Counted from the stretch's first letter, positions 19,835-30,344 are shown. The stretch: 58,076 nucleotides of DNA from Candidatus Berkelbacteria bacterium (GCA_026397235.1 JAPLVG010000014.1:1-58076); one strand, 5' to 3'. Made by a program: numbers and translations. The notes: a model not told the origin generated them from the sequence alone.

Positions 19835-20077
19835 ATGGGAGCTGAACAAGACGGACCGGGTGAAGAAGCAATGAAAATTCGTCCTGGCGAACCAGAAACT
19901 CGAGAATCAGACACAAACAAAGCAGAATTTGATGCAAAATTATTAGAAGGCAGAATATCAGACCAAAAAGAACAAGTCCAGATTGCTCAATCACAACTTG
20001 AAAAGGCAAAGGCGGAGCTTGCTAGGTTGGAGCAGTTGAAGCAAGATGGCAATGTCGCCGATTATGAGGAAAATTAA
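19835..20077 (+). CDS. Acidic coiled-coil hypothetical cargo protein
   Basis: GGAGG SD; MGAEQDGP N-terminus. Confidence 0.75.
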   Translation: MGAEQDGPGEEAMKIRPGEPETRESDTNKAEFDAKLLEGRISDQKEQVQIAQSQLEKAKAELARLEQLKQDGNVADYEEN

Positions 20078-20220
20078 CGCCGAAATAAAAAACATTCCAA
20101 AAAATATTTGCCACGACGCGCACATGGTTGACTCAAGATAGTATTATCCAATAATGCATAGAATATAAGAGAAGCCGGTCTGATGACCGGTTTTTCATTA
20201 ATTATATTGCTGAGTCCGTC

Positions 20221-21003
20221 TTAAGGTGTTTCCCAAATCTCAGCGCCGATTCCTTGTTCTCGAATATTGTCATTAGTCGCAAACCAGGCATCGAAGTCTT
20301 CTGGTTCTTGATTATCATCGAGTAGCCATTTCATTGTTCGTTTGGCATAAATCATCAAGCCCAAAGTCTGGCAGGCGAAGAGAATAGTTGGAAATGGTTG
20401 TCCGGTATTTTCTTCCCACTCATTGGAAAAGAAAAACTCAATATAGGTCTTCATTTTCTTTTTGATCATGTACTTTGGTTGCGCGGAATCCAAAATAACT
20501 AATATGAATTGCTTAAATTCTGTTTTAGTTTTTTTAGTAAATATCAGCTGCTGGCTCAAATCTTCCATAAACTTGTATTGTTGATTTGAGGTGACACCCG
20601 CAGCTGTTTCAAATATGTAATTGATTTCGCCTTTAGCATTTATTGCTAACAAGCTCAAGCAAATATTAGCCAAAAATATTTGCTCATCAATAAAGCCCTG
20701 CGATCTTTCATTATCGCGGTAGAGCTTCTTGAGATACTTGTCATTATCTTGACCTAGGGATTTGTAGTACTTTATAGCATTTGCTCCAGCGTAGTAAATT
20801 GCCGGTTTAGTATTTTCACCCAGTTTATTTGAATAGATTCTGCCGAGGTATTCTTTTTGAGTTAAGTCTTTTAGCCAGTCGTTTATTCTTTTGTGATATT
20901 TATGATTTAGGAATGTTTGAATTTGTATTCTGTTTAGGAATCGGTATGTATATATTAGATTGAGTATCTCTATTTGTTTGTTGGTTATTTTTGGTAGTGT
21001 CAT
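20221..21003 (-). CDS. Replication-relaxation (Replic_Relax-like) family protein
   Basis: ITNKQIEILNLIYTYRFLNRIQI wHTH-like start; C-terminal nuclease-like region with FPTILF; next to the recombinase. Confidence 0.7.
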   Translation of the reverse strand: MTLPKITNKQIEILNLIYTYRFLNRIQIQTFLNHKYHKRINDWLKDLTQKEYLGRIYSNKLGENTKPAIYYAGANAIKYYKSLGQDNDKYLKKLYRDNERSQGFIDEQIFLANICLSLLAINAKGEINYIFETAAGVTSNQQYKFMEDLSQQLIFTKKTKTEFKQFILVILDSAQPKYMIKKKMKTYIEFFFSNEWEENTGQPFPTILFACQTLGLMIYAKRTMKWLLDDNQEPEDFDAWFATNDNIREQGIGAEIWETP

Positions 21004-21346
21004 TGTTTTGTTATTTTTAGTTGAAGTGAATTATCTTTTTCACCTAACCTACCTAACCATACATTATGTAAGGGTTAGTGCTAAAATATTTCTGGTTTTA
21101 GCCTCAAAAACCGCCATTTCTTGCCCCAGCGGCTGATACAAGCGCTGATACAATTTAATACCTGATTTGAGAGCCTGTCAAGGTGGTAATTTGACGGTCT
21201 TTTTAACCAGTAAATTGTGAAATCTGACTAGTGAATTTGTGCTCTCGGGGATTGAATATATTATTGTTATTCTTTGGTCTACGCTCTTGACACTATCCCT
21301 ATCGGGATACTATACTATCAATATAGGGATATATATTGGAGGGTAG

Positions 21347-21661
21347 ATGTCACCGGAGCAAATAAAATTAGCGGGTAATCGGGATAGAGTTTCTGCTGTT
21401 AATAGCCCAGCACTGAATTTTAATTCTAGCCAGCAATCATCATTAGAATATGCCCTCAAAACAATTTTTCCTGAATCCAAGACGGAAACTCAACTTCAAA
21501 AAGCCAGGAGAATTCTCGGCGATATAGCTACTGATATGAGCGATGACGAGTTAATTGGTTGCCTGGCCCAATTTCAGTTTCTTTTAAATTCATGGTTGGA
21601 CGATTATGAAAAACAAATTTTCAACGAAAAACCTTTAGACCAATTATTAAAAGGAGGGTAA
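21347..21661 (+). CDS. Small hypothetical protein coupled to the recombinase
   Basis: GGAGGG SD; stop 1 nt before the recombinase ATG. Confidence 0.8.
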   Translation: MSPEQIKLAGNRDRVSAVNSPALNFNSSQQSSLEYALKTIFPESKTETQLQKARRILGDIATDMSDDELIGCLAQFQFLLNSWLDDYEKQIFNEKPLDQLLKGG

Positions 21662-21662
21662 C

Positions 21663-23240
21663 ATGGCTAATCTTGATTTTATGACGGCTCAAAAACAACG
21701 CAGTGCCGTAATTTATTTACGTGTATCGACCGAAGAACAATGCGATAATTATTCACTAGATACTCAAGAAGAGATTTGCAGAAAAGAAGCGGAGCGAAAA
21801 GAATTGGCAGTAACGGAAATCTTTCGAGAGGAAGGTCGTTCTGCTAAAACAATCAAAGGAAGGCCAACATTGATCGAAATGTTGGAGTTTTGTCGCAAAA
21901 ACAGAAAAGACATCGACGCGGTTATTATTTACCGACTTGACCGGATCTCGAGACAAACAGCCGACTATTTGGCTATCCGCAAGAAACTGGCGGAGTGCGA
22001 GATTAAACTAATTTCAGCGACGGAACCAACCGGCAATTCTCCAACTGAGAAATTTGTTGAAACAATGTTGGCTGGCTTTGCCCAAATGGACAATGATGTC
22101 CGAAGCGAAAGAACCAAAAATGGCATGAGGGCAAGACTACTGGCAGGACTCAACACTGGCTATGTGCCTTTGGGATATTTAAATCAAAACGGATATGCCA
22201 CCAAGGATCCTAAGACTTTTGATCAAATGAAAGTTGCTTGGGATGTAATGGCTGGTGGGACGACAACACTAAGGGAAATGGCAGATATTTTAAACAAGCA
22301 GGGGCTTCAAGCCGGAACACCGAGAATTAAACAATCCCCGCTGCGTCCACAAACTCTTAACAGGATATTCCGCAACAAGTTCTATGTTGGCAAAGTAGTT
22401 TCTAAAAAATATGGTCTAGAAATTCAAGGTCAACACACTCCGATGATTAGCGAAGAGCTATTTTATCGTGTCCAAGCTGTTATTGACGGTAGAAATACCA
22501 GCAAATTTATTGTCGCTACTCGAAGGAACCGAGATAATCCTGATTTCCCACTGCGTCGTATTGTCAAATGCGGACACTGCGGCAGATCGTTCACCGGCGC
22601 CAAGAGCAAGGGCAAGCAAGCTCGTTACGGCTATTACTTTTGTCCGAACCGATGCCATGAGGCCAACGAACCAATTGGAGCATTGGATACAGCAACTCAG
22701 GCTGAATTGGGCGGTATCAATTTGAAAGATAGGACAGTTGTTCTTTTAAATGCCTGGTTGCGCCGCTCATATTTTGAGCGAGTTGCCGGCTTGAGAAAAA
22801 GGCGAGAAGAATCGGAGTTTGAATTGAAAAAACTCTATGAATTTCGTCAGGCCTTAATTGAAAAAAATCTCGCGGGTATTTATTCCGACGAGATCTTTAA
22901 AGAACAGAACCGAATTGTTGAAGACAAAATCAAGACCTTGCAGATTACCAGAGACGATGAACTGATTAAACGGTACAACCTGGAAGAAATCTGCGACTTC
23001 GTTCAAGACAAACTGACCAATTTACCGAAAACTTACGAAACTTCAAGCCTGGATCAGAAGCGGACGCTCTTGTGTTCGATATACCCCTCTGGAATGGTAT
23101 GGAAGAATCATGCGTATTCGAACAACGTAATTCGTAAGTTCTACAGTGCCTTTTTAGACTTGCAAAAGGACTTTGTAACCTTTGGTAGCCCGGATGGGAG
23201 TCGAACCCATGATCTCTTGGATGAGAACCAAGTATCCTAG
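21663..23240 (+). CDS. Large serine recombinase
   Basis: YLRVSTEEQ catalytic Ser, RLDRISR, recombinase domain, CGHCG zinc ribbon, coiled coil; 3' end overlaps tRNA-Glu antisense. Confidence 0.95.
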   Translation: MANLDFMTAQKQRSAVIYLRVSTEEQCDNYSLDTQEEICRKEAERKELAVTEIFREEGRSAKTIKGRPTLIEMLEFCRKNRKDIDAVIIYRLDRISRQTADYLAIRKKLAECEIKLISATEPTGNSPTEKFVETMLAGFAQMDNDVRSERTKNGMRARLLAGLNTGYVPLGYLNQNGYATKDPKTFDQMKVAWDVMAGGTTTLREMADILNKQGLQAGTPRIKQSPLRPQTLNRIFRNKFYVGKVVSKKYGLEIQGQHTPMISEELFYRVQAVIDGRNTSKFIVATRRNRDNPDFPLRRIVKCGHCGRSFTGAKSKGKQARYGYYFCPNRCHEANEPIGALDTATQAELGGINLKDRTVVLLNAWLRRSYFERVAGLRKRREESEFELKKLYEFRQALIEKNLAGIYSDEIFKEQNRIVEDKIKTLQITRDDELIKRYNLEEICDFVQDKLTNLPKTYETSSLDQKRTLLCSIYPSGMVWKNHAYSNNVIRKFYSAFLDLQKDFVTFGSPDGSRTHDLLDENQVS

Positions 23241-23259
23241 GCCACTAGACGACCGGGCC
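23183..23259 (-). tRNA. tRNA-Glu(CTC)
   Basis: GGCCCGG/CCGGGCT acceptor; CTTGG-TTCTCAT-CCAAG anticodon arm; TTCGA; CCA. Confidence 0.95.
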
Positions 23260-23387
23260 AAATTATTATTTGGACACAAAAACTATAGCACGAAGCGGGT
23301 GATTTTTAAAGCCTTGGATTGAATTTCTGCGACAAAAATGGTATAAAACTATTGATTCACCTAATTCACCCGAATTGAGGTGCGGAA

Positions 23388-23606
23388 ATGTTAGATGATG
23401 ATTTCGATTATCCCCCTTGGGCTTGGGTTTTGCTCCTAGTTCTGGTCGCCGTGATGGTGTTGGTGTCATGTTTTGCTGGTCCGCCTCCAGCTCAGCCAGT
23501 CGCTCAATTGCATCCCAGCCATCAGGGGCAGCAGGCGCCCAGTAAGCCGGCCGGTGGTGATGATGACCAGGATCGAAATGGTTCCTGGCTGTTATTCGGC
23601 CTTTGA
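23388..23606 (+). CDS. Small membrane hypothetical protein
   Basis: GAGGTG SD; one TM helix; hairpin plus U-tract downstream. Confidence 0.55.
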   Translation: MLDDDFDYPPWAWVLLLVLVAVMVLVSCFAGPPPAQPVAQLHPSHQGQQAPSKPAGGDDDQDRNGSWLLFGL

Positions 23607-23677
23607 CCCAATTTCTGAAACCGCAGTTGTCCTGCGGTTTTTTTCTTTTTCAATCAATATGGTTTAAAATAGAATTA

Positions 23678-25183
23678 ATGAAACTTAAAATTCCTAAATT
23701 TTGGGAAAAGATTCCCAGCATTAAGAGTTGGCAGTTTTGGCTGAAGATTTTTTTAGTTGTGGTGATCATTCTTGCCGGGATTGTCGGAGTTTTGTTATTT
23801 AAAAGATATCAGGCAGTCGCACCGGTGTCAGAGAATAAAATTGCAGAAATTGCTCCGGTTATACCAACTGAGAATGCTAAAAAAGCGGTTATCGCAGCAC
23901 CGCCAAAGATAAAAACCTCGGGAAAAACTTCGGTTAAAACAAATTCTGACGGGTCAAAAACAGTTACGACTGCAACTGGGCCAACTAATTCGGCTGATAT
24001 AGCTGCTGCTGCCGCCGCTGGGCCATCGGCATCGATTTCCGGCATTCATTATATTGATCAAACAGGTAAACACTCGGAGCTTGGTGACCAATTGAAGTCC
24101 TATATGTCGTCGAATCTTTTGGTTAAGGGCGAAGTCACAAGCATGTATTCAATAATTCTCGAGAATGCCGGCGATACGGGCTGGGCTGGACTTTATTCCG
24201 GATCCTATAATCAGGACCAAAGTGGTCACATAACCTCCGCCTGGGGCTATATAACGTTAAATAGCTACTATTATGAAGGCAATGCCTACTTCACTGATTA
24301 CATGAAGCTGATTTTGTCGCATGAGTACGGTCATCATTATACTTTATATTATAAATGGATGGTTTGGCAGATTCCGGCCGGTCAGCGATTTCCAGATTCC
24401 TATTATGCCATCAGACCGTTGACTAAATCAGGGACGGCGCCTGACTATTCGCTTGGTTGGGGAAATTGTGATGCGGAAATTATGGCAGAGGATTACTCCT
24501 ATTTATATTCTGGTTACGGTTATCACGGCATGGCTGCAACCTACGGTTATCCTTCGGCAGCGACTAGGACTTGGCTTGTAAATGAACCTGGCGGATCTAG
24601 CGCCCCTGCTCCGGCATCAGATAGCGCACCAACAGTTTCAATTACCGCACCTGCCAGTGGCGCAACTGTATCTGGCACCATGCTGTTTACTGCCACTGCA
24701 GCTGACGACAATGGTGTAACCAAGGTTGGGTTTTATATCGATAATAATTTGTTGGTTGATGATTCCATCGCCCCGTACGAAACTACATTTAATTCTGCCA
24801 GCTACGGTAATGGCGCACATACTTTGCGTGCCAGGGCTTATGACACAGCTGGGCAAACGACTGATTCAACAATTTCCATCACTATCAACAATGCTGTTTC
24901 TGACAGTGAGAATCCAACGGTCACTATCACTGATCCAGCCGACAACCCGCACGCTTGGTCGTCGGGAACTTTGCATATTAGTGTTTCGGCCACCGACAAT
25001 GTCGCAGTGCAAAAAATTGAGATTTATATTAACGACCAATTAGCGCTAACCCAAAACTCATCATCCATCTCAGCAACCTGGAACTACAACAACGCCCCCG
25101 CCGGCACTTACACCTTGAAAGCAAAAGCCTACGATACTTCCGGCAACACCGCCGAAACAAGCATCGTCGTAAATAAAACTTAA
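23678..25183 (+). CDS. Membrane-anchored zinc metallopeptidase-like protein with two Ig-like (Big) domains
   Basis: N-terminal TM; HEYGH motif, distal E..AED; two PTVSIT.P...ATDN..V.K.EFYI...AKAYD..G repeats; start at ATG 23678. Confidence 0.8.
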   Translation: MKLKIPKFWEKIPSIKSWQFWLKIFLVVVIILAGIVGVLLFKRYQAVAPVSENKIAEIAPVIPTENAKKAVIAAPPKIKTSGKTSVKTNSDGSKTVTTATGPTNSADIAAAAAAGPSASISGIHYIDQTGKHSELGDQLKSYMSSNLLVKGEVTSMYSIILENAGDTGWAGLYSGSYNQDQSGHITSAWGYITLNSYYYEGNAYFTDYMKLILSHEYGHHYTLYYKWMVWQIPAGQRFPDSYYAIRPLTKSGTAPDYSLGWGNCDAEIMAEDYSYLYSGYGYHGMAATYGYPSAATRTWLVNEPGGSSAPAPASDSAPTVSITAPASGATVSGTMLFTATAADDNGVTKVGFYIDNNLLVDDSIAPYETTFNSASYGNGAHTLRARAYDTAGQTTDSTISITINNAVSDSENPTVTITDPADNPHAWSSGTLHISVSATDNVAVQKIEIYINDQLALTQNSSSISATWNYNNAPAGTYTLKAKAYDTSGNTAETSIVVNKT

Positions 25184-25250
25184 GAACAAAAGAACTTAGA
25201 GACTAAAGAACTAAATAAAAAAAACCGCCCCAGACGTCGGGGCGATGGAT

Positions 25251-26111
25251 CTACTGTCCCATTCTTTGCAGGAACATCTCCTGGTAGTCGGCGATGAGCG
25301 AGACATTGTCGTAGAGCATGAGCATGTCCAAGGCTCGGCAAGCTTTCTCCTGCCTTGTGGTACCAGCCGAGTGATCGTGTCGCAGAACATTGAGTTCCAC
25401 TAGCACCTTGATCCGCTGCTCTCGGGTGGCCAAGGGTCTTTGATCGCGCAGTGCTTTCTTGACGGCGTCTTGAGTGTGCTTTGCCACGATCTTCGCAGTA
25501 TCCGGAAGGGCGTACTTGGTCAACGGTTGGGATAGACCTGATTCCGTCGCGAAGCTGACGAGTGCGCGAAAGGCTTGGCGTTGTTTTTGGTATCTTTCGC
25601 GTCCTGTCACAAGACGGATGTAGGTGTAGCGTTCGGCGTAGATGCCGAAGATGACATTGTCGCAGATCTTCTCGAGAATATCCCCTATGACCTTCAGGGT
25701 GTCGCGGACCTCGCGGTGGTGCCCCAGATCTTCGCTAGAATCCCAACGCTGATAAGCGGCGATCATTTTGTTGATCGTCGACGGATCAGCGTTGGCGATC
25801 AAGTCGTCTTGGACTTGCTGGGGGACAGACAGTATCTTGGACCCCAGGATCTCGATTGCCAGCAGTTGTTGGTTGCGAGCTTCACCGCCCTGCGGGCCGC
25901 CAACCAGCATTGGTAGGAGGCAATTGGCCCTCATCAACACCAGCTTCCAACTCATCTTGTTAGGGTCTTTCGGCACAAGGTGGGGTATTGCTCGCAGCAA
26001 CCTTATGGCTTCATCAGCCGAACGGACCCCCATCCACAGATCCTGGAAATCTTCCAAATAGTCCCGGCCGAGTGCACCAACATCTACTCCGCTAAGCGTA
26101 GTCGTGGACAT
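25251..26111 (-). CDS. GC-rich hypothetical protein
   Basis: AGGAGG SD before ATG 26111; terminator-like hairpin at about 25217-25245. Confidence 0.75.
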   Translation of the reverse strand: MSTTTLSGVDVGALGRDYLEDFQDLWMGVRSADEAIRLLRAIPHLVPKDPNKMSWKLVLMRANCLLPMLVGGPQGGEARNQQLLAIEILGSKILSVPQQVQDDLIANADPSTINKMIAAYQRWDSSEDLGHHREVRDTLKVIGDILEKICDNVIFGIYAERYTYIRLVTGRERYQKQRQAFRALVSFATESGLSQPLTKYALPDTAKIVAKHTQDAVKKALRDQRPLATREQRIKVLVELNVLRHDHSAGTTRQEKACRALDMLMLYDNVSLIADYQEMFLQRMGQ

Positions 26112-26456
26112 TATGTCCACCTCCTAAAGCAGTGCTGCGGTATTGTTAGCCCCGCGCAATGGCTAACGCCAATATAGCAGAATTGTGAAAATCCGGCAAT
26201 ACAAAAAGAGGGAGAGATATCTTCCCGCTTTTTTTATTTTTATTACTATTGCTAAATTGTAACGATCGATACAAAATATCAAAAAATAATCAGTAGATTT
26301 CCCTGCTTAGGTTCCGCCAAAGGCGGACAGGCGAAATGATATTAGAAATTTGGTGGATTCCCGCCTTCGCGGGAATGACAAAACAGAGATCCTGAAAAGA
26401 TTTCAGGCTGCCATTTTTTTAGAAATTAGGTCAATTAGAAATTAGAAATTGAGTCC

Positions 26457-27461
26457 TTATTGTCCTTTGTAAACTACGTAATTGAATATGTCTAAAATTG
26501 TGCCGGTTTGGCGATCGACGTCAGCGGTAATTTGACGGGAGTTGCCGGCAAAATAACCAGTTGATTTTATTGTTGTTGTTAACCCTGAACTATATCTTTG
26601 ACCTGGCATACCTGGTGCGCCTTGAGTAAAACCGAAATAAATCCCGTCATTGGAACCGCCAACCGGTTTTAAAGTCATTTCAGTAATTGTTAATGCAGTT
26701 ATATTCATTTTGGTTTTTAGGCTACTCAGTGTATAGACGCCAATTATTCCACCGGGAGTGACAGTAGAATTTTCGGCATTTGTAATATTTGGACAGCCAA
26801 AACTTGGGTCTTGAAAAAGAGAGGTGTGCTCATTGCTTGCTGAGTCTTTAACTCTAACCTCCAGTGCTCGAGATTTTCCATTACAACTAGGCGTAATCCA
26901 CTTCCAAAAAAGATTAACATCGTTGGCGACGCCAGCGTTAATTGCGAAAGCTTTTGAGTCGTCTTTGGCGATTGTGTATTGACTATTTGTTGAATAATTT
27001 TTCAGATCGTTGCCGTCAACTAATCCGTTTGAGTCAACATCGTCTCCGGTGAAAGCTTGCTGATAGTAAACCCGGAGATCATAAACCTGAGTTCTATCAG
27101 CTAATGAATATGGCCCGGTAACGCCGGAATTATTTATCGGACTTCTCATTGGAGTCAAATTTAAATAATTGCGGTAGGCGTTAATTGGCTGGCGTTTCAG
27201 CAAATCGGAATTTGAGGTAGTGATATTGGCCGGAATCTCAATGTTCTTGTCATATTTAAAGTTTAGCAAACCCTGTTCCTCACCGGATTCGGCGGCGTAA
27301 AAAGCGGCCAAGCCATTATTGTAAGTTTCGGCGATGTTGACTTGGCGGAAGGCGATAGCGGTAACACCAATTGCGACTGATCCGATAATTGCCGCCAATA
27401 AAATCGCCACAACAAGTGCCGCTCCTTTGCGTTTTTGGCCATAGTTTTTGGTTTTTTTCAT
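26457..27461 (-). CDS. PilX-like minor type IV pilin
   Basis: KRKG/AALVVAILL class III signal; AFYAAESG; TTIKSTG; DxDxNGxxDxxD Ca-binding-like loop. Confidence 0.75.
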   Translation of the reverse strand: MKKTKNYGQKRKGAALVVAILLAAIIGSVAIGVTAIAFRQVNIAETYNNGLAAFYAAESGEEQGLLNFKYDKNIEIPANITTSNSDLLKRQPINAYRNYLNLTPMRSPINNSGVTGPYSLADRTQVYDLRVYYQQAFTGDDVDSNGLVDGNDLKNYSTNSQYTIAKDDSKAFAINAGVANDVNLFWKWITPSCNGKSRALEVRVKDSASNEHTSLFQDPSFGCPNITNAENSTVTPGGIIGVYTLSSLKTKMNITALTITEMTLKPVGGSNDGIYFGFTQGAPGMPGQRYSSGLTTTIKSTGYFAGNSRQITADVDRQTGTILDIFNYVVYKGQ

Positions 27462-28216
27462 ACCCGCTGAATTATTAACTGGTCACCAAATTGAGTCAGT
27501 TGCCTTGATAATTTAATTCGGTCAGTGCCAAAAAGTAATAGTTCGCTTGATAGCCCAGCCAGTGATTCAATTTTTTGGACTATTACCGAGTGCGAGTCTT
27601 TTGGTAATGATCTCTCAGTTATCTGCTTATTTCCAGCAAAATAAAATAGTCGAGTTTGTGATTTGCCGGGGATAATTTCAAGTTTATCGGCATCAAAAGT
27701 TTTCATCAGAAAAAAGATTGATTTAACGAATTTTGAAATCGGAGATTTGTTATCGGTTAGATGATTTGTTGATTTACCGATAAAATTAACCTTAATTTCA
27801 TACGGGTTAGTTTGGTCAATAGGCGAGGATGCGATCTCTTCTTTTTGGTCGAAGATCACCGGGGTTTCAATCTCGTAAGAAGCGTGGCCAATCAATTTTT
27901 TATATTCTTCATCTGCCACTTCCTCTGACCCAGCCCGCACCCGAATTTTCCCTGATGGATGCCATTTAATTACATCGGTTGGCGGCATAAAAAATTCTTT
28001 ATTGTCGCCGCGCGGACTTTTAATCATTTTGGCGCCATATTTGATAATTTCAAAACTGCCAAAGTTTGATACAATCAATTTACGATCCTGGGTTAGACCT
28101 TCAACCATCGATTTAGAAAGGGCAATAATCAGTTTTTCGGCATTATCTGCATTAATTTTAAAACCCAATGTCCGCATCTCTTTCGCTAATTGTGCCGCAA
28201 ACTTTTCTTTGGTCAT
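27458..28216 (-). CDS. HU/IHF-family domain fused to a PilB/GspE N2-like domain
   Basis: MTKEKF...NFGSFEI...SPRG...KWHPSGKIR (HU-like); C-terminal SPISKFV...QFGDQLIIQRV. Confidence 0.7.
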   Translation of the reverse strand: MTKEKFAAQLAKEMRTLGFKINADNAEKLIIALSKSMVEGLTQDRKLIVSNFGSFEIIKYGAKMIKSPRGDNKEFFMPPTDVIKWHPSGKIRVRAGSEEVADEEYKKLIGHASYEIETPVIFDQKEEIASSPIDQTNPYEIKVNFIGKSTNHLTDNKSPISKFVKSIFFLMKTFDADKLEIIPGKSQTRLFYFAGNKQITERSLPKDSHSVIVQKIESLAGLSSELLLFGTDRIKLSRQLTQFGDQLIIQRV

Positions 28217-28529
28217 CAGTCCTTACCAATTTACGAATCAAAACGAAATTACCAATAAATCCGTCTATAATGATTTTATCACAATTTTTTCTTATTCGTA
28301 ATTTCGTTCTTTGTTTTATTGGTAAATTAGTAAGAAGTGTTGATAAACCTGTTGATAAGCTGGGGACAGCAGAAAAAAATTTAAAATTTAAAATTTAAAA
28401 TTTGCAAAAATATCCAATGTCTAATTTCCGAATATCGCTTAGACCAATTAGATTAATTAGAACAACTAGATTAATTGTATCTTCACAACGCTAAATTGTT
28501 GTATGGTAAAAATAGAATCATTAAATGGA

Positions 28530-28613
28530 AGAAACCACACAGATACTTACACAGAAAAAGCGCAGAAAAAACAATTCTGTGTCCTGTCTGTGTCACAAGT
28601 CTGTGTAGTTTCT
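28530..28613. repeat. About 84-bp ACACAGA-type hairpin element (MITE-like)
   Basis: AGAAACCACACAGA...TCTGTGTAGTTTCT ends; three ACAGA-like units per arm. Confidence 0.85.
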
Positions 28614-28621
28614 ACAATATT

Positions 28622-30238
28622 ATGTCCCTTTATCGCAAGTATCGGCCACAAAAATTTTCAGACCTAGTTGGTGAGGATCACATTCGCGACACCCTGCTTT
28701 TGGCTGTTTGCGAAAACCGAATTGGTCACGCCTACCTTTTTTCCGGACTTCGGGGGACTGGCAAGACTACTGTTGCCAGACTTTTGGCCAAATCAGCTAA
28801 TTGCCAGAATCGCGTCGAGCTAAATAAAGTCAAGAATGGTGAGCCATGCGGTGAATGTCGAAGCTGCAAAGAGATTACCCTGGGAAAATCTCTTGATATC
28901 ATTGAAATTGATGCTGCATCCAATCGGGGAATTGATGAAATTCGTGAGCTGCGTGACAAAGTAAAATTTGCCCCAGCAAACGGGGTATACAAAGTCTTTA
29001 TTATTGATGAAGTCCACATGTTGACGACGCCGGCATTCAATGCACTGCTAAAAACTTTGGAGGAGCCACCGAAACACGCAATTTTCATCTTGGCAACAAC
29101 AGAAGCTCATAAAATTCCGGCTACTATCCTATCCCGTGTTCAGCGCTTCGATTTCCGCCGGATCGGCAAGGCTGATATTATCAAAAATTTAAAAATGATT
29201 GCCCAGAAGGAAAAATTAAGTGTGACTAATGACGCATTGGAGGCAATAGCGGTTGCAGCTGATGGCAGCCATCGGGACTCAATTTCAATTTTAGAGCAAG
29301 TCGCTTCAAATTTGGCAGAAATATCAATAGAGAATGTTCGAAACTCACTGGGTCTGGCCAGAAGCGAAGAAATCATTGATTTAATCTCTTTGATTGCTGA
29401 AAACAAGCGCCAAGAAGCAATTAAAATCGTCGGTGAATTTATTGAAGTTGGTGTTGAGGCCAATCAAATCATTAGGGAAATTATTGAAATCCTGCGTCAG
29501 ACTTTACTGATTAAAATTTCATCTGGCGAAGTTAGTTTTGACCAAACGAAGGAAAGAATTGATGATCTTACCAATTTATCCAAGAAATTTTCTGCCCTAG
29601 AGCTGAATAAAATACTATCAATTTTCATCGAAGCTGGTCAGCTATTAAAAGATTCGCCAATTCGCACTCTGCCGATTGAGATGGGAATAATAGAGGCAGC
29701 AGAGTTGTTACAAGTGACAAGTAACAAGATACAAGATGCAAACAAATCCGAAATTCGAAATCCGAATGTCGAAGAAAATCCTAAGCCCAAAATCCAAATG
29801 TCAAGTGAAGTTCAAAATTCAAAACCTGAAATAAAGCCGAAAGAGATCATTGAAAAAAAGATTTCAAAACCGAAAATTGAGGCTGAGTCTGCAGGTGAAA
29901 TTAAAATACTAGACGAACAGTTATGGAAAAATATTCTAGAAAAAACCAAAGAGCATAATCACAGCTTAAATGCACTATTGAGAGATGCTAAACCGGAGGG
30001 AATTGCCGGTGATCAGATTTTTATTAGTGTGCGTTTTAAGTTTCATCATGATAAGATTATTGAAATTAAAAATCGGGAAATATTGGAGAAAATTGCTTCA
30101 GAAGTTTTGGGTTACAAATGTATCATCAAATGCCAGATACAGGAAAGGAAGCCAGCCAGTAAGATAATCAGCCAGCCAGCAAATCAGCAAGAGGATTTGG
30201 AAAGGGCTGCGAAAGAAATGTTCGAGGTGGAAAATTAA
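28622..30238 (+). CDS. dnaX: DNA polymerase III gamma/tau subunit
   Basis: LYRKYRP, GTGKTT, EIDAASNRG, IIDEVHML; start at ATG 28622. Confidence 0.97.
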   Translation: MSLYRKYRPQKFSDLVGEDHIRDTLLLAVCENRIGHAYLFSGLRGTGKTTVARLLAKSANCQNRVELNKVKNGEPCGECRSCKEITLGKSLDIIEIDAASNRGIDEIRELRDKVKFAPANGVYKVFIIDEVHMLTTPAFNALLKTLEEPPKHAIFILATTEAHKIPATILSRVQRFDFRRIGKADIIKNLKMIAQKEKLSVTNDALEAIAVAADGSHRDSISILEQVASNLAEISIENVRNSLGLARSEEIIDLISLIAENKRQEAIKIVGEFIEVGVEANQIIREIIEILRQTLLIKISSGEVSFDQTKERIDDLTNLSKKFSALELNKILSIFIEAGQLLKDSPIRTLPIEMGIIEAAELLQVTSNKIQDANKSEIRNPNVEENPKPKIQMSSEVQNSKPEIKPKEIIEKKISKPKIEAESAGEIKILDEQLWKNILEKTKEHNHSLNALLRDAKPEGIAGDQIFISVRFKFHHDKIIEIKNREILEKIASEVLGYKCIIKCQIQERKPASKIISQPANQQEDLERAAKEMFEVEN

Positions 30239-30244
30239 GCGGAA

Positions 30245-30330
30245 ATTCGTACACGGATTTATCACACGGATTTTCACGGACAAAACTTTCCAATCCGTGC
30301 TGTTCCGTGTAGTTGATCCGTGATAGAATC
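30245..30330. repeat. CACGGA-type triple-unit hairpin element
   Basis: Three CACGGA units followed by three TCCGTG units. Confidence 0.8.
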
Positions 30331-30344
30331 TCAATATAAATATT

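Noticed and set aside
28475..28621. Cys/His-rich N-terminal extension of DnaX
   Set aside because: It is the ACACAGA hairpin read in frame; the conserved start is ATG 28622. Similar over-extensions in dnaE, rpsR and the GT4 at 38859 were trimmed
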